A stretch of DNA of 64,000 bases from positions 124,001 through 188,000 of the forward strand of contig CM075990.1 in NCBI GenBank assembly GCA_038087875.1. The letters are read 5' to 3'. Positions 36,641 through 49,164 of this stretch are shown piece after piece (the stretch's first letter is position 1; each line of letters starts with the position of its first letter). Source of the DNA: Malacoraja senta. Its lineage: Eukaryota. The notes under the pieces are model-generated. The model was not told the origin of the DNA and searched no databases. It was given only the letters and a program-made list of their open reading frames with translations. The position numbers and the translations under genes were made by a program.

Positions 36641-37460
36641 AACAGGCGAGGCAAACAATTTGGCAGCAGCCACTTGACAACCAAAATTCATTTTGTGAAC
36701 ACAATCTTTTTTAAAGGCGAGGCAAACAATTTCGCAGCAGCTACTTGACAACCATTCATTTTCTGAAAACAAACTTTAAAAAAAAGGCAAACAATTTGGC
36801 AGCAGCCACTTTACAGCCACATCGAGGGGACTCACCATGGAGTATATGTGCGTTCAGTGTTATTCGCAGCTCAGAGAGCAGGGACGCTCTGGCTTCCTGG
36901 GTCTGACAGAGACTGAGTGAGGCACGACACTTCTGGGTTTTATAGTCTCCCCCCCCCCCTCCACCAGCGGAGGCAGCAGCGAGAATGGTGATTTAAATGT
37001 GTCTCTGATTTTTCATCCATGGAAAAATCCTCTGGTCCAGGAAGGCGGAGGTCGTCTCTGAGCGAGGTGGCCAAAAATGACGTCCGTAGGTGGCGGCGTT
37101 CTCTCGGAAGTCACAGCAAAGTGCGTCAAAAGCGGTCAAGATCATACTTTTAGTCTAGTATATATCTATATTACTAAGTGGGACCCGTTGGGTCCCATGT
37201 TCACATGGGAGGGCTGGTCCCCCAACGTAATATTCAACCTCTCCACCAATTACAATATTGGTGGCCAGTGCCGGGGGCTTCCTGGAGTGCTAGTATGGGC
37301 ATTTTGGGCTGAAGGGACTAGTATCCAGAGGGCTAGTATGAACATTGTGGGCCAAATGGATTATTGGGGTGGCAGCTCAGTCACTCAAGCTTGGTGTGCT
37401 GGCAGCTCACTCACGGCTGGTGTGCGAGCAGTTGACTCACGGCTATTCCTTGAAATTCCA

Positions 37461-38290
37461 TTTCAAGCAGGGTGCAAGGCCGCCAAATTCAAATGCACTT
37501 TCATACCATTTCAAGCAGGGTGCTAGGCCACCAAATTCAAGAGCAGTTTCTTTCCACTTCAAGCAGGGTGCAAGGCCACCAAATTCAATTGAAGTTTCAT
37601 ACCACTTCAAACAGGGTGCAAGGCCACCAAATTCAGGTGCAGTTTCCTACCACTTCAAGTAGGGTGCAAGGCCACCGAATTCAAGTGCAGTTTCTTACCA
37701 CTTCAAGCAGGAGGCAAGGCCACCGAATTCAGGTACAGTTTCCTACCACTTCAAGTAGGGTGCAAGGCCACCGAATTCAAGTGCAGTTTCTTACCACTTC
37801 AAGCAGGAGGCAAGGCCACCGAATTCAGGTGCAGTTTCCTACCACTTCAAGTAGGGTGCAAGGCCACCGAATTCAAGTGCAGTTTCCTACCACTTCAAGC
37901 AGGAGGCAAGGCCACCGAATTCAAGTGTAGTTTCCGACCACTTCATGCAGGGTGCAGGGCCACCAACGCAAGTGCAGTTTCATGGCACTTCAAGCAGGGT
38001 GCAAGGCCACCAAATGCTAGTGCTGTTTAATGCCATTTCAAGCAGGGTGCAAGGCCACCAAATTCAAGCACAGTTTCATCCCACTTCAAGCAGCTTGCAA
38101 GACAACCAAATTGAAGTGCAGTTTCATACCATATCAAGCAGGGTGCAAGGCCACCAAATTCAAGTGCAGTTTCATACCTTTTCATGCAGGGTGCAAGGCC
38201 ACCAAATTCAAATGCAGTTTCACACCATTTCATGCATGGTGCAAGGCCATCACATTCATATGCAGTTTCATACTATTTCAAGCAGGGTGA
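37461..38290. repeat. 48-bp minisatellite A (ttcaagcagggtgcaaggccaccaaattcaagtgcagtttcataccac), about 17 copies
   Basis: 16-aa periodicity in the overlapping ORFs. Confidence 0.95.
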
Positions 38291-38687
38291 ACCCACCTTA
38301 AAACCACCATAAAACCACACAAAACACCACATAAATACCACACTCACAGTTCAGTAGACATTCAGTGTGTTCAGTTGATTCACAGCTCAGACAGACGTGA
38401 CCTCTCCCATCTTGCAGAGACTGAGCCACACCCGCACTTCCGGGTTTTATAATCCCTCCCCTTCCACCGGAAGTGGCGTGGCCTTCATGGCGTGATTGAC
38501 AGGAGAGACATTCTCAACATTTTTAAAACATTAATAACACTATTATTTTTAATTCATGGGAAGAATCCTCTGCACCTGATGAGCGGAGGGGGACTGAGTA
38601 AGATGGCTTAAAATCACAGCCGTAAGTGGTAGCGTTTTATCTACAATCAATATACAGTGCAAACAGGAAGTTGTCAAGTTATCACTA

Positions 38688-38955
38688 ACAACAACCATTT
38701 GCAGTGCAGCATTTCAAAGCAGTTACCACCACCACCAACAACCATTTGCAGTGCAGCATTTCAAAGCAGCTACCACCACCTCCAACAACCATTAGCAGTG
38801 CAGCATTTCAAAGCAGTTACCACCACCACCAACAACCATTTGGAGTGCAGCATTTCAAAGCAGTTACCACCACCAACAACTATTTGCAGTGCAGCATTTC
38901 AAAGCAATTACCACCACCAACAACAACCATTTGCAGTGCACCATTTCAAAGCAAC
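38688..38955. repeat. ~47-bp minisatellite B (aacaaccatttgcagtgcagcatttcaaagcagttaccaccaccacc), about 6 copies
   Basis: Visible tandem units. Confidence 0.9.
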
Positions 38956-38961
38956 CACATT

Positions 38962-39789
38962 TTCATTTTCAAACCAGTGGCAGTGCTGCCTTGCAGCTGC
39001 GGCTCCCCTGCAGTCCATTTGTCTTTTCTTTTTTTGTTTTCTTTTGTCCCATTGTTGCGGTTTGTTTTGGTTTATTTTAGTTGTGTATGTGTGGGGGGGG
39101 GGGAGAAGCATGATATTTGGCTCTTCCTTCGGGGGGGATGCGACCTTTCTTGCCGTATCCCACGTCTCCGTCTCCGTCTCCGTCTGCGCTGAGGCCTATC
39201 GCGGAGCTGGCGGCCTCCATCTGGAACCGACCTCGGGGCTCGGGACGCAGAGCCAGCCGGGACTTGCCAGCACGGGGCTGGCCGACTTCGGGGCTGTGGT
39301 GGCGTTGCGACCCGAATTCTGACCCGACTTCGGAGCCTCGGAGGCTCGGCGAGGGCCAGTGGACGACATTGTCGGGAGCTCGCAGGTCACAGGTTGGTGA
39401 CCTGTTTTTCCGGAGCTCCCGCAACAACAGCTGCGTCCGCTGGACTGGAGGACGGCAGCTTCAGCAGCTTCGACCGCCCTGGGCCGCGGAGTTTGAACCG
39501 GCCCGTTTGGATTCAGCCGCGGGACTTACCATCACCCGGCGGGGTCACAACATCGGAGGCCTGGATCGCCTCAGCGCAGAGGGAGAGCAAGGAGGGAAGA
39601 GACATGGACTTTGGGACTTTTTGCCTTCCATCACAGTGAGGAGGTGCCTGGTGGACTCACTGTGGTGGTTGTTAAACTGTGTTGAGTGTGTGTTTTTGTT
39701 ATTTATTCTATGTTATGACTGCAGGCTAAACCATTTCGTTGCACTGAAAAGTGCAATGACAATAAATTGAATCAAAATCAAAAATCTAA
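38962..39789 (+). mobile_element. Unclassified GC-rich non-coding retroposon inserted in Helitron copy 2
   Basis: Splits gcaaccacat|taagggcactc. Ends atgacaataaattg(aatcaa)n like a LINE tail. Confidence 0.55.
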
Positions 39790-40130
39790 ATTAAGGGCAC
39801 TCACAATTGAGTAGACATGTGTTCGGTGTTATTCACAGCTCAGAGAGATGTGACTCTCTCACTTCCTCCATCTTGCAGAGGCTGAGTGAGGCACAACACT
39901 TCCGGGTTTTATAGTCCCTCCCCCTACCACCAGCAGGGGCAGCAGAGAGAATGTCAACATTTTAAAAACAATAATAACTCTTTTATTTTTCATCAATGGG
40001 AAAAATCCTCTTGTCCTGCGCAGCAGAGGGGGCTCTGAGTAAGATGGCCAAAAATCACAGCCGTAAGTGGCAGCGTTTTTTCAAAAATCATGAAACGGAA
40101 AAACAGGAAGTGGTCAAGATCATACTTTTA

Positions 40131-40915
40131 TATATATTACTAAAAGTAAGATCTTAACCGCTTTTGACTCACTGCGATGTGATTTCCGAGAGAACGTCGC
40201 CACTTACAGTCGTCATGTTTGGCCACCTCGCTCCGAGCCCCCCTCCGCCAGACTGGACCAGAGGATATTTCCCATCGATGAAAAATCAGAGAGTTATTAA
40301 TGTTTTTAAAAAAAATCGCCATTCTCTCTGCTGCCCCCGCTGGCGGCAGGGGGGAGGGACTATAAAACCCAGAAGTGTTGTGGCTCACTCAGTCTCTGCC
40401 AGACGGAGGAAGCGAGAGGGTCATGTCTTTCTGAGCTGCGAATAACACTGAACGCACTGAACGCACGTCTACTCCACGGTGAGTCTCTGGGATGTGGTTT
40501 TCAGCAAATGTGTTTGCTGTTTGCAAAGTGTTTGCCCAATTGTTGGCTTTTTAAAGGGCTTTCAGCAAATGTGTTTTGTTGGCTTGCAAAGTGCTTTTGT
40601 CCAATTGGCTTGGCTTTTAAAGGGACTGCTTGCAATAGTTTTCGGATGGATAAAGCGTGAATAAACATTTTATTAATTTCAAAATTGGCGCTCATTCTGT
40701 GATTTTCGCTTAGTTGCAAGATGGCGCCGATGTCGTCATTTCCGGTCTCTGTGTGTGTGTGTGTGTGTGTGAATGAGCCTGTGTGTGTGTCTGTGTGTGC
40801 GTGAATGAGTCTGTGTGTGTGTCTGTGTGCGTGTGCGTGAATGAGTCTGTGTGTGAGTGTCTATGTGAGTCTCTCTCTCACTCTCACACTCACACTCACA
40901 CTCACACTCACACAA
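40131..40915 (+). mobile_element. Helitron-like copy 3 (5' part only, head-to-head with copy 2), ending in a (GT)n/(CA)n tract
   Basis: Starts tatatattactaaaagtaagatc. Inverted homologue of 36160-37154. Confidence 0.7.
40361..40484 (+). promoter_or_regulatory. Putative Pol II core promoter and first exon in the Helitron 5' module
   Basis: TATAAAA at 40361-40367, Inr TCAGTC at 40389-40394 (+1 A is 30 nt from the TATA start), and donor G|GTGAGT at 40479-40484. The arrangement recurs in 5 module copies. Confidence 0.55.
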
Positions 40916-41197
40916 ATGAAATGAGCATCAGACAAGACTGAAAATTCAAATGAATTGGACTTTGTCCAAGAATGCATTTAGACGTTATAATTTGATGATT
41001 GAACAACCATATTACATTCCGTGTACTTCTTCACTGGTTGGCACAATATTTTATTTGTGTGTATACATCCATATAATTTAATGTATAATATGCTGTGTCG
41101 GCAGATTTAGATGGAGCACAACAGTTAGAAAAGCTCCTTGCACTCAGCTAATCTGAAGCTTTAGTATTTAAGCCATACTTCTCCAGCAAATCTATTA

Positions 41198-41523
41198 TTT
41201 AGTTTAGTTTAATTTAGAGATACAGTACGGAAACAAGCACTTCATCCTATCGAGTCCGCGCCTACCGGCAATCCCCACACTTTAACACTACCCTACGCAC
41301 ACTAGGGATAATTTTACATTTATACAATTTTAGCGAAGCCAATTAACCTACAAACCTGTACGTCTTTGGAGTATGAGAGGAAACTGAAGATCTCGGAGAA
41401 AACCCACGCAGGTCACAAGGAGAAAGTACAAACTCTGTATGGACAGCATCCGTAGTCAGGCGTGAACCCGGGTCTATGACGCTGTAAGGTAGCAACTCTA
41501 TCGCTGCTCCACTGTGCTGCCCC
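41198..41523 (-). mobile_element. HE1/V-SINE
   Basis: Full reverse-complement copy. Confidence 0.9.
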
Positions 41524-43213
41524 AAACACAGTGGTGTGGAAATATTCTCAACTGTTTAATGGAGGGAATTTGATGAGTGAGAATGTGAATGAAGCATAGC
41601 AATATCTATCACCACGGATTTGAAATTTTTTATGGCAAATCACTATAGCCCTTTCCTTGGTTACAGTATTTGTAATATCAATTGTCTGTGTCCTTACATG
41701 TTAACCCTTCCTGCTTTTTAGCTTGTTCCCAGCCTGAAGAAGGTCAAGAGATGCTGCCTGACCTGCTCAGTTGCTCCAGCACTTTGTCCTTTTTCCTGCT
41801 TTTCATCTCTTGGCTAATTTTACAAGTTCATTAGAAATATTACAGAGTCTTGAGATATTTCAAGGTTTCAAGGTCAGTTTATTGTCACGTACCAATTAAG
41901 GTACAATTAAATTCAAATGACCATACAACCATACTAAAAAAAAAGCAACAAGACACACTACATAAAAGTTAACATAAACATCCACCACAGCGGATTTCTC
42001 ATGTTCCTCCATAGATATGAAGCTTGGTCAATACCTACATGTGACTTCAAAAAGCTGCCTTTAATAGTACAGCCACCTGAGATTGTTAGTATCAGTTTAC
42101 TGGACGTGCCAGACACTGCAGATGCTGGAATCTTGACCAAAATTATTGGACGAATACCACAGATCTGGCAGTATCTGTGGTGCAGAATGGACAAACAATG
42201 TTCCTGGTTAGTACTCATCCTCAAGTTGATGGAGTAGAGGGGAGATAACTAAATGAAAGAGCTGAGGAGGAGGGAAGGGCAAGTCCTGGCACATGAGGTA
42301 TCAGGGGTTATGGGGAAAAGGCAGGAGAATGGGGTTAGGAGGAGGAGATAGATCAGCCATGATTGAATGGCAGAGGAGTCTTCATGGGCCGAATTGCTTA
42401 ATTCTGCTCCTATCACATGACCTTATGACCTTATGACAATAGATGGATCCAGGTGAGGAGTGATTAATTGTGAAATGAGTCAGATGGGGGGGGAGAAGGG
42501 TGGAGAGAATAACCAAAGGTGGAGAAGACAAAATGGGTACTTCACCCTTTCCCGCCATTTAGTCTTTTGTGTTCTTCGCCTTGGTTACCTGCTTCAGCCT
42601 TCTATCCCCCACCTGATTCAACTACCAAACAATCGTTTTACACCTGGATCCACCCAACACTTGGTAGATAGCCAGAGCTGTCAAGCAGCAGCACTATCTT
42701 AAGCACTGCTTTGCTGCTGACTCAGTGCAGAAGCGAAGTTGAGAGGTCACGTTACAGTTGCATTGAGAGGCCACATTTGGAGTATGTGTTCCATTTTGGT
42801 CATCCTGTTACAGGGATGATGTTGTTAAGTTGGAAAGTGCGCAGAAGTCTCCTGACCTGAAACATCATCCATCCATTTCCTTCCACAGATGCTGCTTGAT
42901 CTACTGAGTTCCTCCTGCAGTTTGTTTCCGTCAGATTAGTTTTATTCCTTTATACTTTTCCTGTAGACTTATACAACTTTTACCTTCCAAATATTCATTA
43001 ATTATCTAAAATTATGATAAAGTCTCCCATCAAAATGTAGTAACGGAATGACAGAACTGTACAGTCCAGATGGAATCTTTGGAGAGGGGAGAATATACAT
43101 ACTCCGTACAGACAGCACCCATAGCCATGTTCGAACCTGGGTCTCTGGCGCCGTAAGGCAGCAACTCAACCACTGTATCACCATGCCGCCCCAAATTGTT
43201 AGGCTGAATGTAA

Positions 43214-43810
43214 TGCCCCTGTCCCACTTAGGCGAATTTTTAGGCGACTACAGGCGACTAGGTTGTCACCACGTGGGTGTCGCTTATATGGTCGTGAGTA
43301 GTCTCCTCGGTTGCTCAAAGAATCATAGGGTTTTTCTGGTCGCTGCTGGATTTTGAAATGTTCAAAACTTTTCGGCGACAGTCGGCGACAGTTGGCTTGA
43401 CGACAATGAGTGTTGCTTGACTTCTCCTGACATAGGTACTGTCCTAGGTTGTCGCCAGGATGATGTAGGATGTCTCTGGTGCTGACTTCGGTGAATTCCA
43501 TTGGCGACTACCTACGTCAACCGGCGACAGGTACCGGCGACTGAATTGTCTTAAGTTGCCGCCGACAGGGTGGTACCTTGTCGTAGATTGTTGCGGGTGG
43601 ACGTAAGTTGTCGTAGTCGTGGATGTAGGTGTACATCCTAATGGGTCGCCAGTTGTCGGTAGCTTGCCGTAGCTTGACATCGACTAGGTGGTAGGTTGTC
43701 GTAGACATTGTCGCAGACATTGTCGTTGGGGGGGTCCAGTCGCCGTTTTTTCGGCGACCTGCTACGACTATGACAGTCGCCGGAAAAATCCCCTAAGTGG
43801 GACAGGCCCT
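43214..43810. mobile_element. PIF/Harbinger-type MITE
   Basis: TIR cctgtcccacttagg...cctaagtgggacagg, TAA TSD at 43211-43213 and 43811-43813, and a CpG-rich gtcg/cgac interior. Confidence 0.85.
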
Positions 43811-44004
43811 TAAAAACTCTGTGGCAAAAAAGGAAGAATTGTGCAAAAAATACAACAACACCACGGGAAGCAATCTCAGTTTGCTGTCCGAATGACTGAC
43901 TGCTGACTCTTGTGAGTCTCGGAACTTCTGTGTCTCAGCTAAACAGGTAGCTTGCTTAGTGGCTGCTGTTGAAAGGGCACAGAATCACCAGTCATTGAGC
44001 TTGG

Positions 44005-44357
44005 AAGGTCATAAGGTCATGTGATAGGAGCAGAATTGAGCCATTCGGCCCATCAAGTCTACACCATTCAATCATGGCTGATCTATCTCTCCCTCCTATC
44101 TCCATTCTCTTGTCTTCTCCCCATAACCCCTGACACCTGTACTAATCAATAATTTATCTATCTCTCACCTAAAAATATCTATTGACATGGCCTCCACAGG
44201 CTTCCATGGCAAAGAATTCCACAGATTCACCACCCTGTGACAAATAAATTCCTCCTCATCTCCTTCCTAAAGGAACGTCCTACAATTCTGAGCCTATGCC
44301 CTCTAGTCCTAGGTTCCCCCATTAGTGGAAACATCCTCTCCATATCCACTCTATCCA
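44005..44357 (-). mobile_element. CR1 3' end
   Basis: Matches 16660-17005. A further copy lies at ~45160-45390. Confidence 0.85.
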
Positions 44358-44381
44358 GAAGCAGGAGTTAGGGAGATCAAT

Positions 44382-44623
44382 TTTGTTTAGTTTAGTTTTA
44401 ATATGTATATTGGTATAAATATAAACATATACATTTAACTTACAAACCTGGACGTCTTTGGAGTGTGGGAGGAAACCGAAGATCTCGGAGAAAACCCACG
44501 CGGTCACGGGGAGAAGGTACAAACTCAAAACAGACAGCACCCACAGTTGGTATTAAACCTGGGTCTCTGGTGCTGAAAGTGTTGTAAGGCAGCAACTCCA
44601 CCATTGCACCACTGTGTCGCCCA
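44382..44623 (-). mobile_element. HE1/V-SINE (internally deleted)
   Basis: Head and V-core on the minus strand. Confidence 0.8.
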
Positions 44624-45789
44624 CAATTATTTGGTAAGGGCTAAAAGAAGGTGTGTTAGAGGCTTCATTTTAATAGCCCTTGCATTCTGATTATGATCAA
44701 ATAGTTATATAAATTATGTATGTTTAAAATGTAATAATTACATAGGTTTATTCTTAATATCTTAACTCTAATATTTTTTATGAATACAATATACTTAAAA
44801 TGAAAAATGCACGGACTTTAATGGGGTGGAAATTGCCGAGGTATGGCCTGTTAATATTCCAGTAAATGACCAAATTAACTTCCAGTGCGTTGCTGAAACC
44901 ATTACGAGTGATCAAGGAGATCAGCGTCTCTTGCAGGAAGGAATGGTATCTCACTTTAAGGTGTGTGTTTTCAGTTCACAAGCTCTCTGAACTTGCTCAG
45001 AAGGTATTGATCACCATGAACATTTCTGAGAACTGTAGAATTGCCTGGGTCATTGACAATTCTTCTCAATGGAAATTACTTTGTTCCCAGTGCTGGAATC
45101 TGGCTTTGAAAAGCCTCATGTCCAGCTAAATTCAGCACATCAATATTCGCTGGTTTTCCATAAGTTCATAAGGGATAAGAGCAGAATTAGGCTATCAAGT
45201 TTACTCCGCCATTCAATCATGGCTGATCTATCTCTCCCTCCTAACCCCATTCTCCTGCTTTCTCCCCATAACCTCTGACACATGTACTAATTAAGAATCT
45301 ATCTATCTCTGCCTTAAAAATATCCACTGACGGCCTCCACAGCCTTCTGTGGCAATAAATTCCACATATTCACCACCCTTTGAGTAAAGCAATTCCATGT
45401 CCTGGCATACTTGGTGCAGTTTGAAAGTAGCAACACAAGTAGATAGAGTGGGAAACAAAGCAGACAGTATGTTTGTCTTCATTTGAGGCAGCGACTCCGG
45501 TAATTCCCTTCGATGGTGGGCCGGTGATGGACTGGGCAGTGTTCACAACTTTTTGCAGTCGTCTGCGCTCCGGGGCATTCCAGTTGACCAATCAGGCCAT
45601 GGTGAAAATGTCAAAGCCTACAGGTGAGAGGGGTAAAATTTAAAGGAGATGTATGGGTCAAGTTTTTTTAATAGAGTAGTGAGTGCCTGGAACGCACTGC
45701 CAGGAGTGGTGGTTGAGCACATATGATACTGCATTGAAGAGGCTTTTCGATAGGCATGTGAACATGTTGGGAATGGAGCGATATGGTGT

Positions 45790-46210
45790 AGAAAGGAACT
45801 GCAGATGCTGATTTACACCAAACATAGACATGAAATGCTGAAGTAACTCAGCGGGACAGGCAGCATCTCTGGATAGATGGATTGGGTGACATTTCAGGTT
45901 GGGACCCTTCTTCAGATTGAGAATTAGGGGAGAGGGAGCACAGAGATACTGAAGGGTAAGGTGTGAAAATGAGACGTCAAAAGGGATGAAGTCTAGAGGA
46001 AAATGTAGAATAGATCCTTGTTAGCTAGGAGAAGGTAACCACGAAGCAGACAAAGAAAATGTAATCAGGAGATCAGTCAGATTGGATGGAGGACTAGGAT
46101 GGGGAGGGATGGAGAGAGAGGGAAAGCAAGGGTTACTTGAAGTTAGATAAGTCAATATTCATATTGCTGGGTTGTAAGCTGCCCAAGCAAAATATGAGGT
46201 GCTGTTCCCC
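45790..46210 (-). mobile_element. Penelope-like 3' end (ORF C-terminus plus terminal repeat)
   Basis: EQHLIFCLGSLQPSNMNIDLSNFK followed by the terminal repeat. Confidence 0.85.
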
Positions 46211-47055
46211 TGCCACACACTCAGGGTAGAGATGATTAACTTGGCATCTTATATGACATTGGCATTGTGGGCATTGGGGCCTGTTACTGTGCTGTACTGC
46301 TCTATGTTCTAATGCCCCCTGTTGTTTTCCTGTTCCCCTCTCAGTAACCCATCTGCAGCCCGGCTTGGCATTAACCAACTGCTTAGTTTGTTCCTTCTCC
46401 TCCTGGCATCTTGGTAGGTCTTCATCTAGGTTTCATGTTGCTCTACATCAATCCATCAATGTCTATGATGATAATGATGATGATGATTATGATACTTTAT
46501 TGGCACACGTGCCTAGGTACAGTACAATTCTCAGGTTTGCAAACGAAGGACACAAAAGAGTCGCAAACAAATGCGCCGCCAAAAGTTACAAAAAGCACAC
46601 TTTACGTAATGTTGGCCCCTTCTCTGCTCCAACCCCCACCCATGCAAAGGGTCCCCCTTTGTTCTTGGTGTCCCCCCCACACCTTGTCCCTTTTTATTAT
46701 TAGCAGTCCCCTCCACGCTGGGTCCTTCTGCATTCTGTCCACCTCATGGCATGTCCAGCTCGGCCCAACCACCGGGTCTCAGATCTTGGCATGACTCACA
46801 TGGACTCCGACCTCGAGTCTCTGGCCTGGGCCGGATCCCAGGGACCCCGACCGCTGGTACCCCGACCTCGCTCCGCGCCGACTTCTCTTTGGCCGTGGCG
46901 GCCTGAGGGAGCCTTCAGCCACGTGGCACCCTTTGCCTAACGTCCTTTAGTTGGCTTTGCAGAGGCCTCCATCCAATTAAAACAGACTATGCCAGTGACA
47001 TGGCTGACAAGGAAATAGTGTAAATCCATTTGTGCAAAAACATCTCATCAGACAA

Positions 47056-47364
47056 GGTGGCACAGTGGTGCAACGGTAGAGTTGCTGCCTTACTGTGCCA
47101 GAGACCCAGGTTCGATCCCGACTACGGGTGCTGTCTGTACGGAGTTTGTACGTTCTCCCCGTGACCTGCGTGGGTTTTCTCCGAAATCTTCAGTTTCCTC
47201 CCACACTCCAAAGACGTACAAGTTTGTAGGTTAATTGCCTTGGTATAAATCTAAAATTTTCCTAGTGTGTGTGGGATAGTGTTAGTGTGCAGGGATCGCT
47301 GGTCAGTGAGGACTCGATGCGTCGACGGGCCTGTTTCCGTGCTGTATCTCCAAACTAAACTAAA
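47056..47364 (+). mobile_element. HE1/V-SINE (full length)
   Basis: B box ggttcgatccc, V-core and tail. Confidence 0.92.
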
Positions 47365-49164
47365 CACAACTTTACCTCAAATATTTATTTGTACTACCTT
47401 AAAGTACTCTTGCACATTTTTTTTAAACTATCTTAAACAATTATTGAATTTTAGCATTGCTGTTAAATGGTATTACAAATGAGTTACAACTCATAATTAC
47501 TATATTGATTCATATATATGTCATATAAGGCAGAAAATCAATCCAAGATGGAGTGCAGCCTACACAAGGTAATCATGATTTGATTCCTGGAAGGTCAAGG
47601 TTTAAACTCCGGCATAGAGATACAGTTTATCTATCTGTGTAGACACAAAAAACGTCTCGACCTGAAACGCCACCTATTCCTTTTCTCTAGAGATGCTGTC
47701 TGAGTCGCTGAGTTACTCTGGCTTTTTGTTTATCTTCAGTTTAAATCAGCATCCTCCACTTATCTATCTGTGTGCTGGTCTACATTGGTTATATCCCATT
47801 TAAGATTTCACCATTTACGGCCTGGGTCTCTCTCCATTACTCTTCCCATAATAGTTACTTGGAATGTGTGCTGGAGTAGGACAAACGAGACTTCTGGCCA
47901 GAGACAGCTGCTGAGGAGAGGGATAGTGAAGAGGGTGCACAGTTTGGCAGTCTGTACACGGCTCAGGACATGAGCAGGTCAGGTTGGGTGATTCACAGAG
48001 AATGAGAGATCTGAATCAAGGGTGGGAGAAAACCACAGAGGCTGAATACTGTTTCACAGGGCTCAGGTAAGGGCTTCAATGGGTAACCTACAGAATAAGG
48101 CCAAAAGTTTTAAGCATGAAGTCAAGAGTGTTTTATTGTCATATGTCCCAGATAGAACAATGACATTGTTATTTGCAGCAGCACAACAGATTATGTAAAC
48201 ATAGTACACTGTAAACGATATAATAAACAAGAGTAAAAGATCAGTGTGTGTGTATATACACACACATACTCACACATACATGTATATATTACTAGACTAA
48301 GTGGGACCGTTGGGTCCCATGTTCACACGGGAGGGCTGGTCCCCCGACGCAATATTCCACCTCTCCACCAAATCCAATATTGGTGACCAGTGGGGGGGGG
48401 GGGGTTTGGAGTGCTGGTATTGGTGTTGTGGGTAGAAGGGACTGGTCTCCAGAGGGCTAGTATGGACATTGTGGACCAAATGGATTCTTGGGGTGGCAGC
48501 TCTGTCCCTCAAGCCTGATGTGCTGGCAGCTCACTCGCGGTTGGTGGGCTGGCAGTTGACTCACGTCTATTCCTTGAAATTCCATTTCAAGCAGGGTGCA
48601 AGGTCACCAAATTCAAATCCATTTTCCTACCATTTCAAGCAGGGTGCAAGGCCACCAAATTCAAGTGCAGTTTCATACCACTTCAAGCAGGGTGCAAGGC
48701 CTCCAAATTCAGGTTCAGTTTCCTACCATTTCAAGCAGGATGCAAGGCCACCGAATTCAAGTGCAGTTTCCTACCTTTTCAAGTAGGGTGAAAGGCCATC
48801 GAATTTAAGTGCAGTTTTCAACCACTTCGAGCAGGGTGCAAGGCCACCGAATTCAAGTGCAGTTTCATACCACTTCAAGCTGGATCCAAGGCCACCAAAT
48901 TCAAGTTCAGTTTCATAGGCAAGGCAAGGCAAGTTTATTTGTATAGCACCTTTCAACCACAAGGTAATTCAAAGTGCTTTACATAAAACATTTAAAGCAT
49001 TTGAAAGAAACACATATAAAATGACATTTAGATATAAAATGATTATTAGATTATTCAGATAAAATAATTACAAAATTAAAAGCAATCAAATAAAATATTT
49101 AAAATAGAATAAAACCAGGAATAGAAGTTACAGTGCAGTATAGGTAATTAATAAATTGTATTGT

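Larger units (their letters stand above)
31702..37154 (-). mobile_element. Non-autonomous Helitron-like element, copy 1 (with nested L1s and a ribozyme-headed retroposon)
   Basis: Minus-strand 3' end: hairpin TGGGACCC-AAC-GGGTCCCA, then CTTAGTCTAG|T, inserted in (TA)n. The 5' module at 36830-37154 ends in ACTAAAAGTATGATCTTGACC. Continuity across the nested inserts is inferred from their TSDs. Confidence 0.7.
37173..40130 (-). mobile_element. Non-autonomous Helitron-like element, copy 2 (two 5'-type modules, two minisatellites)
   Basis: 3' hairpin at 37179-37197, modules at 38341-38680 and 39798-40130, ending in gtcaagatcatactttta. Confidence 0.7.

Noticed and set aside
37461..38290. CRISPR-like regular repeat arrays (also 61333-62826)
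   Set aside because: Units are contiguous with no unique spacers, there are no cas genes, and the context is vertebrate.
47056..47130. tRNA gene-like A/B boxes
   Set aside because: SINE head followed by V-core and LINE-derived tail; no cloverleaf.
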